Below the pieces are notes generated by a model. It did no database searches. It worked only from the letters and a program-made list of their open reading frames with translations, and was not told the origin of the DNA. From Eledone cirrhosa (lineage: Eukaryota): a stretch of DNA of 64,000 nt. This document shows, piece by piece, positions 1-12,019 of the stretch (its first letter is position 1; each line of letters begins with the position of its first letter). Where the stretch lies: NCBI GenBank assembly GCA_964016885.1, contig OZ024741.1, positions 157,604,001-157,668,000 on the forward strand, given 5' to 3'. The translations under genes were made by a program, and so were the position numbers.

Positions 1-23
1 AAAATAATCTGTCCTAGTGAGTT

Positions 24-104
24 TGTCTCCTGACGAGTTCGAAGCTCGAGATTTATCCTTAATAGGATATCTCAAAATGAGAACGAAATCCAAGGGTAGG
101 GACA
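24..104 (+). ncRNA. Type I hammerhead ribozyme motif (probably from a Penelope-like pLTR)
   Basis: Stem I TGTCTC(24-29)/GGGACA(99-104); core CTGACGA(30-36); stem II GTTC/GAAC enclosing a hairpin; GAAA(85-88); stem III TCC-AA-GGG; GUA triplet. Confidence 0.7.
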
Positions 105-365
105 TATCCTGGTATGTATATAAGCATTTATAACTTTAATTTTATACCTAATTGTGTATGGTTGACCGTATATTTAATTAATTTCCACGTGCTGTTGAAA
201 TGTTGGGTAAATATTCTTTAGCGGTTGGCCGCGAAGAGGCTGCTATTGTTTAATTATTTACTGTTTCTTCATAGGTGCCTTTTAATCTTATAGCCTGGTC
301 TAATTGATTTGTTGGTCTAAATGATGTATATATATTATCAAATGATTCTATGGACATACTTTATA

Positions 366-368
<3 letters not shown>

Positions 369-452
<84 letters not shown>
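369..452. repeat. (TA)n microsatellite; one of many (TA)n, (CT)n, (GT)n and (ATG/CAT)n tracts in the window
   Basis: Direct reading. Confidence 0.95.
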
Positions 453-453
<1 letters not shown>

Positions 454-1371
454 GATTAATTAAAGTTTAACTAGTCTCTAATACTTAAACATCTCAATGA
501 AAAGAATCTCTCAGAGGAACAATATTATATATTAAAATTAAGTGAGAAAAATCTCTATTTATGAGAGTACAAACAAGATAGACAAGTCTGGTACAACTTG
601 ACAAATTAAGGTGCAGTTTAATATTAACTAAAGATTAATTTATCAAGTTTTACTAGACGGTCTTTTGGCTGCTATTTCTAGTGACATTATAAGCCAGTCA
701 CATAGTCCTAATATGCTAGTTGATTTTGATAATGAAACACTACGCATGTTTTTATTTTAGTATGCTGCCTCAGCAAATGGAACAGTATGTATGTAGAATT
801 AAAACTCCCCTGAAGAGTATGGTGGATTCTGCAATTACTGGTGGATACAATAAGATTTATATATCAGTGAGTTTAGATAGAATATTTTTTGTCTATCTTG
901 TTTGTACTCCCATAAATAGAGTTTTTTCTCTCTTAATTTTAATATATGATATATATATATATTGTTATACTTTGGGAGGGTCATGCTGCCAATAAAAACA
1001 CACACACCTGTTTGTTTTTACTTCAATTTATTATAAATCTCTGGTTGGTTGGTTGATTCAATAACAGGCTGGTTGTTTATATATTGTCAAAACTCTTTCA
1101 TCACACACTCTGTGACCTCCTCAGTGACTAGGTTTTTATTTTGTCTCTCTCCTTTGTTCTGTCCTACACCATCTTCTATATATGTATATATAGAATATGT
1201 GAGTCCCGGATTAAATCAGGGGTACCCACAGTAAGTAAGGTGTGCAATACATTAGTGAAGTATATACAACATTTAATATTGAAATGGCTTCTACAGTACT
1301 AGAACTGTTTCTGGATAAAGAAGTGCCAAGAAATACCAGTAGAAGGAAGACGCAGTAGAAGAAGGCCACGA

Positions 1372-1516
1372 AAAACATGGGCGGAGGTGGTGAGAGCTGA
1401 AGCTCACGGAGGAGATGACGAAGGACCGTGACAAGTGGAGAGATGCAGTGCTGAATAGGACCCGTCCCACCCTTGCAGGCAGGGAAAAGTGGGCGTAAAA
1501 ATGATGATGATGATGA
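1372..1516 (+). mobile_element. 3' end of an RTE-like LINE with an (ATG)n tail
   Basis: Translates KTWAEVVR...MTKDRDKWRDAVL; ends GGGAAAAGTGGGCGTAAA(ATG)n; near-identical copy at 43380-43545. Confidence 0.65.
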
Positions 1517-1526
1517 TATATATATA

Positions 1527-1810
1527 ACTGACAGTAATGGCTTATATATCATATTTTGGCAATATTTAATAACATGCTAAGCTATAAAGTATTACATTTA
1601 CAGCCTTGCTCTTCAATTCTTTAGTTTGGTCTATATATATATATGCATGCATATATGTGAGTGTGCATGAATGCTGTGCTCCAGCCTGGCTTTAACTGCA
1701 ATGAATAGACCAAACTAAAAGATTGAAGAGAAAGGCTGTTAATTTAATACTTTATAGCTTAATATGCTATTAAATATTGCCAAAATATGATATATAAGCC
1801 ATTAGTCAGT
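1527..1810. repeat. Imperfect inverted repeat (~105-bp arms, ~70-bp spacer)
   Basis: 1527-1634 is the reverse complement of 1705-1810 (AATGGCTTATATATCATATTTTGGCAATATTTAAT / ATTAAATATTGCCAAAATATGATATATAAGCCATT). Confidence 0.85.
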
Positions 1811-1941
1811 AAGCCAAGTTATTGAAATATATGAAGGGCTTGATAACACTCAGAGTAGTAATATACCAAGTTGTATTAGTTAAACTATTACAGTACAGCT
1901 ATGTCATGAGGATGTATTTATTGCACTCTCGATTTCTTTCT

Positions 1942-2013
<72 letters not shown>

Positions 2014-2144
2014 GATAAATCTACCAAGAGTTTACGGTAGTGTCCAATCCGTATGAAGAACTCAATGTAATCCGGATATCATGGAAAGAAGAGATGCAAT
2101 GAAAAATCACTTTCGGTGAAAGATAAACGGAATACAGAGTCAAG

Positions 2145-2561
2145 ATAAAATATTAAAAAAATAATGAATAAAACAATGAAACAGTTCCTTATATTAAACA
2201 AAAACAGTTCATTATTTAACGATCGTTTCTGGGATATATATGTGTTAGAATTGGCATGTATATTTAACAGATCTATGTACAAAATTATACAAAATTATAC
2301 AAACTATCAAAATTAAATATACATACCAACTCATATATATGCCGTCTTCAGAAATAATTATTTCTGAAGACGGCATATATATGAGTTGGTATGTATATTT
2401 AATTTTGATAGTTTGTATAATTTTGTATAATTTTGTACATAGATCTGTTAAATATACATGCCAATTCTAACACATATATATCCCAGAAACGATCGTTAAA
2501 TAATGAACTTTTTTTGTTTAATATAAGGAACTGTTTCATTGTTTTATTCATTATTTTTTTA

Positions 2562-2570
<9 letters not shown>
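2145..2570. repeat. Near-perfect spacer-less palindrome (213-bp arms), Penelope inverted-pLTR-like
   Basis: Centre between 2357 and 2358 (GTCTTCAGAAATAA|TTATTTCTGAAGAC); matching short ORFs at 2079-2282(-) and 2433-2642(+). Confidence 0.92.
2357..2504 (+). ncRNA. Hammerhead ribozyme motif with very long stem II (mirror copy on - strand, 2211-2358)
   Basis: Stem I ATTATTT/AAATAAT; CTGAAGA(2364-2370); long stem II including GAGTTGGTATGTATATTTAA/TTAAATATACATGCCAATTC; GAAA(2486-2489); palindromic stem III CGATCG; GUU triplet. The first stem II pair is mismatched. Confidence 0.6.
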
Positions 2571-2644
<74 letters not shown>

Positions 2645-2683
2645 TTAGCTTCTACCTTCAATATATATACCTTCAATATATAT

Positions 2684-3936
2684 AGACTTAGCTTCTACCT
2701 TCAATGAGTTAGGACTTAGGATAACAGTAGCTACCAACCACTCTAGCGTAGATTTCTTAGACATTAATTTAGACCTTCGCACCCACACCTATAGACCCTT
2801 CCATAAGCTTAACGAAAAACTCAATTACATTCACAAGGACTCATGCCACCCTCCCACTGTTTTTAGAAACTTCGTAAATAATACCAGTACTAGAATCTCA
2901 AACCTCTCCTCTAATAAGGCTATCTTTGACAGAGCGGCACCCTACTATAACACGGCGTTAGCTAACAGCGGCTTCTCACAACCTATCACTTACTCTCCCA
3001 TTAACAACAACAGCAATAAGAAAAGAAAGTGTAACAATAGACAAACTATCTGGTTCTCTCCTCCTTTCTCACTCAACGTTAAAACCAATGTAGGCAAAAC
3101 ATTTCTAGCCCTCTTAGATAGACATTTTCCCATAGGTCATAAATACCACTCCATCTTTAACAGGCTCAAAGTAAAACTAGGATACTCCTGTGCTAAGAAC
3201 ATGACGGCCCACATCACCAATAGCCCTAAGAGCAACACCCCACCAGGGTGCTCTTGCTGAAAGCCCGAACCTTGTCCCCTTCAACAGCAATGCAACACAC
3301 CCGCTGTAGTTTATGAAGCTGTGGTCACTTCCAACCGACCAAATCAACCACAGGAGGTCAAATCGTATGTGGGTATGGCGGAGGGCCGATTTAAGGAACG
3401 CTTCCTGAACCACCAGTCGACCTTTAGGTACCCGGACAAACGTTCATCCACGAAACTCGCGAGCCACGTATGGTACCTCAAGGACTCAAGTATAGACTAC
3501 TCCATTCAATGGAAAGCCATCACTAAGTTCAAGCCATACTCAAGGGGCAATCCGTCGTGTGGACTATGTATTGATGAACGAATAAATATTCTAAAGACAT
3601 TACGCAATAGCGATTGCCTAAACTCAAGAAATGAATTCTTCACACGTTGTCCAGACGTCTCGAAACACCTCTTACATAACTACAAAGCTCCGGATTGAAT
3701 TACAACAACATCCTAATTTTCTTATCAACTAGAAACTTTCGGACTTTCGCAGTTATCTCCCTTACACTTCTCGCACGCAATTTAGTATTGCCTGGGTGAA
3801 ATGACCGATTCTGCGCATGCGCGTTCGTACGGGTGTCCTTCCCGTTCCGTATAACCATGTCCATTACGAGCTGAGGATCCGCTAAGGTGAAACAATTGTT
3901 CTCGGTATGGTGAACGAACTGTTGTGTAACCACTTC
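2684..3936 (+). mobile_element. 5'-truncated Penelope-like element (RT C-terminus, Cys-rich linker, GIY-YIG endonuclease), flanked by (TA)n
   Basis: One frame reads VDFLDINLDL..HPP..AAPYYNTAL..IWFSPPFS..CSC*..CPLQQQC..VVYEA..YVGMAEGRFKERFLNH..CGLCIDE..LNSRNE; single in-frame stop near 3257; ORF ends 3698. Confidence 0.9.
3861..3910 (+). ncRNA. Minimal type I hammerhead ribozyme in the Penelope 3' region
   Basis: CGAG-CTGAGGA-TCCGCTAAGGT-GAAA-CAATTG-TT-CTCG; stem I extends through CCAT/ATGG; palindromic stem III is typical of PLE hammerheads. Confidence 0.75.
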
Positions 3937-4111
3937 TATATATATATATATATATAAGCAAGATGTATGGTAGGTCGTATGTGAATCGCGATGATCACGC
4001 CTGACCTACCAAATATGCGACGGTAGCTAGTTAAGCTCTATGCGTATAAGCAGAGCAGAAATATTAATGAAAAAGAACAAAGGAACTATTATGACATTAT
4101 AACAAGTTTAT

Positions 4112-4158
4112 TGCCGACAGCCGTTTCGTCCGACCATATGGTGGGACTTTTCAAGGCA
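4112..4158 (-). ncRNA. Hammerhead motif with U3-A8 core variant
   Basis: Minus strand TGCC-TTGAAAA-GTCC(CACCATATGGTC)GGAC-GAAA-CGGCTG-TC-GGCA. Confidence 0.65.
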
Positions 4159-4365
4159 TATAACAGGTGATTGTAAGTTCATTATTTACATCAACGTTTC
4201 ACTCAAGATTAGCAGTTTGAAATTGTGGTATACATCAACAGCTCCGCTTGTATATTTGGGGTCTATATTCTAAGGGGGCTCTTTATATTAGTTGTCGGAG
4301 TTGTAAAAGGGATGGGTTATAGGGAGTTAAGAGAATTTGAAAAGGGCCTAAGAGTCAGGGATTGA

Positions 4366-4750
4366 AGCTACCTGGTCGATCCAGGGCTTTACTACCTCAC
4401 TCAGAACGCGGATGTAGCCATCGGTGTTCAGCTTGAGGCCCTCAGGGAAGAAGTGAGGTGGCAACTTTGTCTGCATGACTCTGGGCACGTCTTTGGATGA
4501 GACAGCGAACCACCTGTTGTTCTGGGAGTGGATCTTCTGGTCTTATTTGCCCTCCCGGCGGGGATTTCAAGAAGAACTCTGTGTCTCTTTCACATATTTG
4601 GAGGTCAAAATTATTCATAATAATTATTCTGAAAATAAATAATGGAAATATAGTCACTGTTTTTCTGAAGACAAGAGTGACAACGAAAGTAAAAAAAAAT
4701 TGCATAAAATCAGCAGTTGAAAATTGCGAACAAATATCGTCCGCACCCTG
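4366..4750 (-). mobile_element. Internally deleted Tc1/mariner-superfamily (DD37D/maT-like) transposon fragment
   Basis: Minus strand encodes QKIHSQNNRWFAVSSKDVPRVMQTKLPPHFFPEGLKLNTDGYIRVLSEVVKPWIDQVA; terminus TA|CAGGGTGCGGACGATATTTG at 4750. Confidence 0.7.
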
Positions 4751-5127
4751 TATATATGTGTGCATGTATGTGTATATATATACATACGACTGTACGTCTG
4801 TATACATATATGTATGTACGTATACATACTTATATTTAAGTATCAGCCGTACTAAGAGTGAGAAATGAAATTTCATTTCATTCTTTTCCATTTATCGTTT
4901 TCGGTACGCCCGGCCGACTAACTCACTCGATATGCAAATTAGGCTGCACAGCCGTTGATATGCATAAACCCATACGTACATATATATGTGTGTGTATATA
5001 TATATACATACTACTGTATGTCTGTATACATATATGTGTGTACGTATACATACTTATATTTAAGTATCAGCCTTACTAAGAGTGAGCAATGAAATTTCAT
5101 CTCATTCTTTTCTATATATATATATAT

Positions 5128-5645
5128 ATCATCATCATCATCATCATATTCATTACCTTTTTATGCATGCCTGTTTTCCATGTTTGCATGGGTTGTACAG
5201 ATCCTTTTCAGCACATGATTCTTCTACTCAGCATAGTCCTTCATCATCTCCTCTGTGTGCTTCAACACTTCAAAATCAGTACACACCACCTCTTCCCAGG
5301 TCTTCCCTGGTCGTTCTTTGCTGCAGCTTCTTTCCATTGGGATTTCTAATCTCTTCTCCCAGTAATCATTATCCATGTGCATCACATGTCCATACCAGCA
5401 CAGTCTTCTCTCTTACAACTGATTCCTCTTATACCCAGGTTTTCTCTCAGCTCATCCATACTTGACATTCACATATTGCACATTCATCAGAACATGCTTG
5501 TTTCATTTCTCTCCAGCCTTTGCATATGCCCTGCATTCACTATACATGTCTCACAACCATGCAGCATCACACATCGTATACAGGTATCATTTATAGGGAG
5601 AAGCCTATTTTGTCAAGAGAGTTGGTAGCCCTCTCAGCTTTTTTT
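5128..5645 (-). mobile_element. Degenerate RTE-like LINE 3' fragment with (ATG)n tail
   Basis: Minus strand remnants of 'WYGHVM', 'GRPGK'; (CAT)n at 5129-5146. Confidence 0.5.
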
Positions 5646-6167
5646 ACCTAACAGGATAGAATCTTCAATTGTAAACATAAATCCCTAAAATATTTCTCTA
5701 AATGTCTTCTACACTAACTTAAGATTTTATCTCATAATTCTACATCAATTCTCATAAGAATGGCATCTCTTTTGACCAGCAGATTTTATGACAATGAAGA
5801 CTGGCACCAATCATCATATTTTAATCCTTTCATCTTTCAAATTCATCATTTTTTCCTCTACTATCTTAGCCTATAAATCTTATAATTAGGCTATGTGTTG
5901 ATTTCATGTCTAGCTTCATTTCATGACAACAGCCTCCCCCCCCCCCCCCACGTTTCCTAAAATGGTCTTCTTTGAACTATATAAAAAATTTCTTTCGACC
6001 AATGACATTTCTAACCGAGGCAACTTCATTGATGCTAGCAGCCCATTGGCTGTTATTCACCTAACTTCCTCCCCCTTCTCTTTGTACACAAATATACCTA
6101 AAATATATTTGTAATTATATATTATCTTCAATTATTTCATTTATCTCTGACGAGATTTCCAGATATA

Positions 6168-7182
6168 ATTGTTTCTACTTTAGGCACAAGGCCAGCAATT
6201 ACCCAGAGTGCATTACTGGTACTTTATTTTATCGACCCCGTAAGGATGAAAGGCAAAGTCAACCTCGGCGGGATTTGAACTCAGATCGTAAAGGGACTGG
6301 AAAGCATGGCGTCCAACCCTCTACCGATACTGCCAATTCCAGATATAATGCAGGTGAAAAAATACCCTTTGGAAGGTGTCTGAGGATTCTGCCCTCACAA
6401 CCCTCTAAGGAATGAGTGGGAGAAGAAGAAAAATATCACACAATGATGAGGATGATGATGATGGATGAGGAGGAGGTGGAATAGGAGGAGGGGGGTGGGG
6501 TTGCTACTGATGATGTTGTTGGTGATGATGATGATAATGTTGCTACTAAGGATAATGATTATAATAATTGTTTCTACTTTAGGCACAAGGCCAGAAATTA
6601 CCCAGTACATTACTGGTACTTTATTTTATCGACCCCGTAAGGATGAAAGGCAAAGTCAACCTCGGCGGGATTTGAACTCAGATCGTAAAGGGACGTAACT
6701 ATGCTAGAAAGCATGGCGTCCAACCCTCTACCGATATTGCCAATTCACCGTGATTATAATAATTGTTTCTACTATTGGCACAAGGCCAGAAATTACCCAG
6801 TACATTACTGGTACTTTATTTTATCGACCCCGTAAGGATGAAAGGCAAAGTTAACCTCGGCGGGATTTGAACTCAGAATGGCAAGGGCCGTAACTCTATG
6901 CGTCAAAGCATGGCGTCCGACCCTCTACCGATGAGGAGGACCATCATTATAAATCTGATGATGGTTACTGATGATAATGATGATAATAATTGTTTCTACT
7001 TTCGGCACAAGGCCAGCAATTACCCCACCAGTGCATTACTGGTACTTTATTTTATCGACTCCCGTAAGGAATGAAAGGCAAAGTTAACCTCAGCGGAGTT
7101 TACACTCAGAACGGCAAGGGCGGTAACTCTATACTGCAAAGTATGGTGTCTGACCCTCTACCGATACTGCCAATCCACCGCC
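6168..7182 (-). mobile_element. Cluster of four tRNA-derived SINEs (cephalopod OR-type-like) at ~6168-6338, 6567-6750, 6762-6930, 6990-7182
   Basis: Repeated ~170-180-bp unit with B-box GAGTTCAAATCC and 3' end AGTAGAAACAATTA; first copy has a 13-bp TSD TTCCAGATATAAT (6157-6169 / 6337-6349). Confidence 0.85.
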
Positions 7183-7499
7183 ACTATGACACGGAGAATA
7201 AAGATGATGACAGAGATGACAATTGTGATAATGTTGATGATCATGATGACAGTGGGTGTGATGGGGCTGATGGTGGTGGGGCAGTGCGAGGGGGGAGGGG
7301 TCTAGTCATTAACCTTCTGTGCCATCTCATGTAATTTGGACATAAATATTATAGATTGTAATGGTGATAATCATGATGATGATCATCATCATCATCATCA
7401 TCATCATCATGGTTATTATAGGGATGATGGTGGTGATGTGGTGATAAGGGGTGGGTTGGGGGTGTTGATGTGGTGGGGATGTTGCTGGTGGGGGTGTTG

Positions 7500-7970
7500 A
7501 TAGTGGTGGAGGTGGTGATGGATGTGGTAATAGAGGTGGTGATAGTGGTGGTGATTGTCATAGTGACGGTGGTGATATGGTGGGGTAGGAGTGAGGGGTG
7601 GGTGGGTAGTGGTGGAGGTGGTGATGGATGTGGTGATAGTGGTGGTGATTGTCATAGTGACGGTGGTGATATGGTGGGGTAGGAGTGAGGGGTGGGTGGG
7701 TAGTGGTGGAGGTGGTGATGGATGTGGTGATAGTGGTGGTGATTGTCATAGTGACGGAGGTGATATGGTGGGGTAGGAGTGAGGGGTGGGTGGGTAGTGG
7801 TGGAGGTGGTGATGGATGTGGTGATAGTGGTGGTGATTGTCATAGTGACGGTGGTGATATGGTGGGGTAGGAGTGAGGGGTGGGTGGGTAGTGGTGGAGG
7901 TGGTGATGGATGTGGTGATAGTGGTGGTGATTGTCATAGTGACGGTGGTGATGTGGTGGGGTAGGAGTGT
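7500..7970. repeat. 94-bp GGT-rich minisatellite, ~5 copies
   Basis: Equivalent ORF starts at 7591, 7685, 7779 give a 94-bp period. Confidence 0.9.
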
Positions 7971-8156
7971 CTGTGTGTGGGGGGGGGGGGGGGGTAATGG
8001 TTGAAGTGTTGGTGGTGGGGGTGTTGATAGTAATGATGTTGATAGCAGTGGAGGTGGTGATAGAGGTGGTGATTGTGACCACTAGGCTACAAGCCTTCAC
8101 AATGGAGGTTGTGATGGTGGAGGCAATGATGTATCATAATTGATGGTGGAGGTGAT

Positions 8157-8340
8157 AATTGTTTCTACTTTAGGCACAAGGCCAGCAATTACCCAGTACA
8201 TTACTGGTACTTTATTTTATCGACCCCGTAAGGATGAAAGGCAAAGTTAACCTCAGCAGGATTTGAACTCAGACAGTAAAGGGACGTAACTCTATGCTGC
8301 AAAGCATGGCGTCCGACCCTCTACCGATACTGCCAATCCG
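8157..8340 (-). mobile_element. tRNA-derived SINE of the same family; further copies at 9552-9735(+), 11604-11780(+), 39408-39593(-)
   Basis: Same consensus as the 6168-7182 copies. Confidence 0.85.
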
Positions 8341-8735
8341 TGATAATGTAGGTGATGTTGGTGTGATGATGATGCAGTGATAGTGGTAATGGTGGTGATG
8401 GTGGGGGTAATGATAGCAGTGATGTTAGTGATGGTGGTGATGGTGATGTAGGGGATGGTGGAGGTGATGATGTTGGTGATGATGATGATGGTGGTGGTGG
8501 TGATGGTGATGTAGGGGATGGTGGAAGTGATGATGTTGGTGATGATGATGATGATGATGATGACGATGGTGGTGATGGTGGGGGTAATGATAGCAGTGAT
8601 GTTGGTGATGGTGGTGATGGTGGTGTAGGGGATGGTGGAGGTGACGATAGCAATGATGTTGGTGATGGTGGTGATGGTAGCGTTGGTGATGATGGTGATG
8701 TAGGGGATGGTAGTGAGGGTGATGTAGGTGGAGGC
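8340..8735. repeat. (GAT/GGT)-rich degenerate tandem repeat
   Basis: Direct reading. Confidence 0.85.
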
Positions 8736-9059
8736 AGTAATGTAGATAAGGTTGGTGTACATCTAGAGAGCCATTATCCTTATTTGCCATTCCATGTAAC
8801 ATGGACATTAATCCCGGATGCCATTCTCTGTCATGCCGCCATAACAATTTTTGATTATAGATTATAGGTCTATATCAATCCAATTTAGTTTTAGGAATAA
8901 TTAGCATTGTTGTCATGGTAACTGCTATTAGACATTACCATCTGTCTGTGACTAATTACAGATGGATGGGGATGAGATTTAACAGGAACAGCTGTTCTTT
9001 CAGACACCTATACATGTAATCTATATATGTACATATATATATATATGTTAATCAGTATA

Positions 9060-9345
9060 CACTGAGGATGAAAAACTCAGAGCTGTATGGGAGCCTCCCA
9101 AAAATCAGCTCAAAAGTGACACAGAGGAGACTGAGGTTAGCTGGACATGCTCACCGACATCCAGAGTTGACACTGCACTCAGTGCTCCTGTGGGAGCCCC
9201 TACATGCACACACTGGAAGAGGTAGACCAAGGTTAACATATGGTTGATGCCCTAAGAACAGACACTTGTCTGTTGGAGACGCAGGACATGGCAGTGATAA
9301 TGAGGGACAAAGACCGCTGGAGAGAACTCGTCCATGGATCTCAGG
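9060..9345 (+). mobile_element. Degenerate RTE/RTEX-like LINE 3' fragment
   Basis: Translates RRLRLAGHAHRHPELTLHSVLLWEP..GRGRPRLTY. Confidence 0.55.
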
Positions 9346-10184
9346 AATTTTACCCGCCCTAGATAGATATATGTAAAGTTGGATATCTAGCATATATCAT
9401 CATCGTTTCATCATCATTGCTTTTACATTGCCTTTTCCATGCTGGCACAGGTTTAACAGGGCTTTGCGCTTTCTGACATCAATCCTTTTAGGCCCTAATC
9501 AGATATGCAAGGATACAATATACCTATCCTAAACTGGATACACACCATTATGGTGGATTAGCAGTATCGGTAGAGAGTCGGACGCCATGCTTTCTAGCAT
9601 AGTTACGTCCCTTTACGATCTGAGTTCAAATCCCGCCGAGGTTGACTTTGCCTTTCATCCTTACAGTGTCGATAAAATAAAGTACCAGTAATGCACTGGG
9701 TAATTGCTGGCCTTGTGCCAAAAAGTAGAAACAATTATTTGGTCAGTAGTTCCTGTGTATGTGTAAGTATATATATATATATGCTTGTGTGTGTGTATGT
9801 GTCTATATATGTATATTTGCATGCATGAATGAATACACTAAGCTTTAGATTTAGTAGAATGTACAACCACTGATTCCAGCTATTTGCACTATCGTATATT
9901 TTGATTTCTATTAATTCCCAGGGAAATTGGTTGACCAAATGCTTTGCTTAATTGTTTTATATATATTTTTTTTAATTCGTTCTTTCTCATAGATTTCAGG
10001 TATTTTTTGAAAGCAAAGCATTGGCCTCTAAAATACTACAGTGGGCCCTGCAATGTTACCGCGGGGTACCTGGGGCCCACTTGCTATAGGGCAACCTGGC
10101 AACCTGGCCAGTCCGCCACTGCATACATACATATATTTTTATATGTATTTATATATGTATGTATATCTTTATAACATCATACTG

Positions 10185-10320
10185 AAGCAAATCAAAAAAG
10201 AAAAAGATCCCAAAACATTCAAATGCTTCTTGGACAATTTCCTCTTACAAATTCCAAATAAACTGCTTACATCTTGATATGTTTCTGCTAACAACAACTC
10301 TTTACTGAAGTGGGTCATGG
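10185..10320 (+). mobile_element. CR1-like LINE 3' remnant
   Basis: Translates IKKEKDPKTFKCFLDNFLLQIPNK. Confidence 0.35.
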
Positions 10321-11382
10321 CAGACCTGCCATGAAAAAAATGCTAAAAAATGGGGACAAATGAGGCAAAAGGGGGAAATTTTACAGAATGAAAGCTATAC
10401 CCATTTTCCCAAAAATGGGAGATGGGGAGAAATGAGCCAAAATGGGAAAAAGTTGATGCGTCTGGTCTGGTTTTCAATGTAAGATTGAAATATATAACAT
10501 GATTTAAAAGACTTCAACAGATGGTGCTATTAATTTGACCTTTGTCAATTCCAAAGAAAGCCTATCAAAGTTACCAAAGTTATGTATATATATATACTAT
10601 ATTTGACTAGCTCCTTTATGTTGATTGCAGGGCTAATTGTTACATAGAACATGTAGTAATAGGAAACTAATTCTTCCATGTAACATGTAGTAATAAAAGA
10701 GGCCAATTGTTACATGTAACATGTAGTAACATAGGAAACCAATTGTTACATGGACCATGTGGTGACATAGAAGGCAAGCTCCATAGTCATTGATCTCATG
10801 ACACCGAATGAAGTTGTAGGAGACACTGTCTTGGGTTTGTTATATCCGGCAACACTCATCCCTTTCCACATTTGACCATAGATGATTTCTTCCAGGGAAG
10901 GTGAGAGAGAGTGAGGGGGTGGGGGGAGAATCGACCCCAGTACAGGACTGGTATTTTATTTATCAACCTTGACAGGATTCGAACTGAGGAAGCAGAGAGC
11001 CTGGACAAATGCCACAAAACAATTCTATCTGATGTGCTAATGACTCTGCCCATTCCCCACCTTTCTGGTAGCAAGTGAAACCAGATGGATTAGAGCACAA
11101 TTAAAAACAAACCTAACAAAACCAAAGATTTAAAAAATTATCATTGCAGCAGCTGACAGTTTTATGTGGTAATAAAAGGTAAGGGTATAATGATACTTTA
11201 TTGCAAATATATATATTGTTTCTTCTCAATACTAAGCTTGATGACGAAAATTAGAAATGGCTCGTAGCAGCAGATGGTAGATTGTGTGTATGTGAGTGTG
11301 TGTGTGTGTGTGTGAATGTTTGTGTGTATATGAGTGTGTGTGTGTATGTGTGTGTGTGCGCACGCATGTGTGTGTGTGTGTG

Positions 11383-11417
<35 letters not shown>

Positions 11418-12019
11418 TGAACCTCCATCGATTCTGACAAGTATCCCAGCTGATAGGATCAATGGAATAGCATAGGCATTGAATTGAACATGCAAGTGGC
11501 TGAGCATTCCACAGACATGTGTTCTTTTAACATTGTACTCAGGGACATTTAGTTTGACAAAGTATTACAGATACAATCCATCTCGTATTATAGTGTGAGT
11601 AGGGCGGTGAATTATCGGTAGAGGGTTGGACATGCTTTCCAGCATAGTTACGTCCATTTACGATCTGAGTTCAAATCCCGTCGAGGTTAACTTTGCCTTT
11701 CATCCTTACGGGGTCGATAAAATAAAGTACCAGTAATGCACTGCGTAATTGCTGGCATTGTACCAAAAGTAGAAACAATTATAGTGTGAGAAGCTGAGTA
11801 TTCCACAAACACATGTACTCTTAACGTAATTCTCAGGAAGATTCAGCAAGACAATGTGTATGGCCACACTGGCCCTTTGAATTATAGGTGTAACTCATTT
11901 TTTGCCAGCTCAAGGACATAATACGCTGTTCAGGCCAGGAATCAAGCTCTCAAATTTACGATCAGAAGCAGAACATGCTAAGCACTAAACCATGCACCTT
12001 CACAGATGATAAGTCATCA

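Noticed and set aside
455-555. Similarity to 49090-49190 with a CTGA..GAAA-like pattern on the minus strand
   Set aside because: A real dispersed repeat beside (TA)n, but the core spacing does not fit a hammerhead and the family is unidentified
802-874. Possible hammerhead (AAACTC..CTGAAGA-GTAT..ATAC..GAGTTT)
   Set aside because: GAAA is replaced by AATA and stem III is unconvincing; at best a decayed copy
4928-4968. Octamer-like ATGCAAAT and ATGCATAA pair
   Set aside because: Short motifs expected by chance; no associated snRNA gene or promoter evidence
7349-8847. His/Thr/Pro/Val-rich ORFs
   Set aside because: Translations of GGT/GAT minisatellites, open in several frames on both strands
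8891-9007. Possible minus-strand terminal exon (VSERTAVPVKSHPHPSVISHRQM...)
   Set aside because: Weak acceptor, no recognisable homology, no linked exons
9552-9640. tRNA gene call from A/B boxes
   Set aside because: The boxes belong to multicopy SINE heads; no complete cloverleaf
11236-11268. Possible minimal hammerhead (TTGATGA..GAAA-TGGCTCG-TA)
   Set aside because: Stems I and II barely pair
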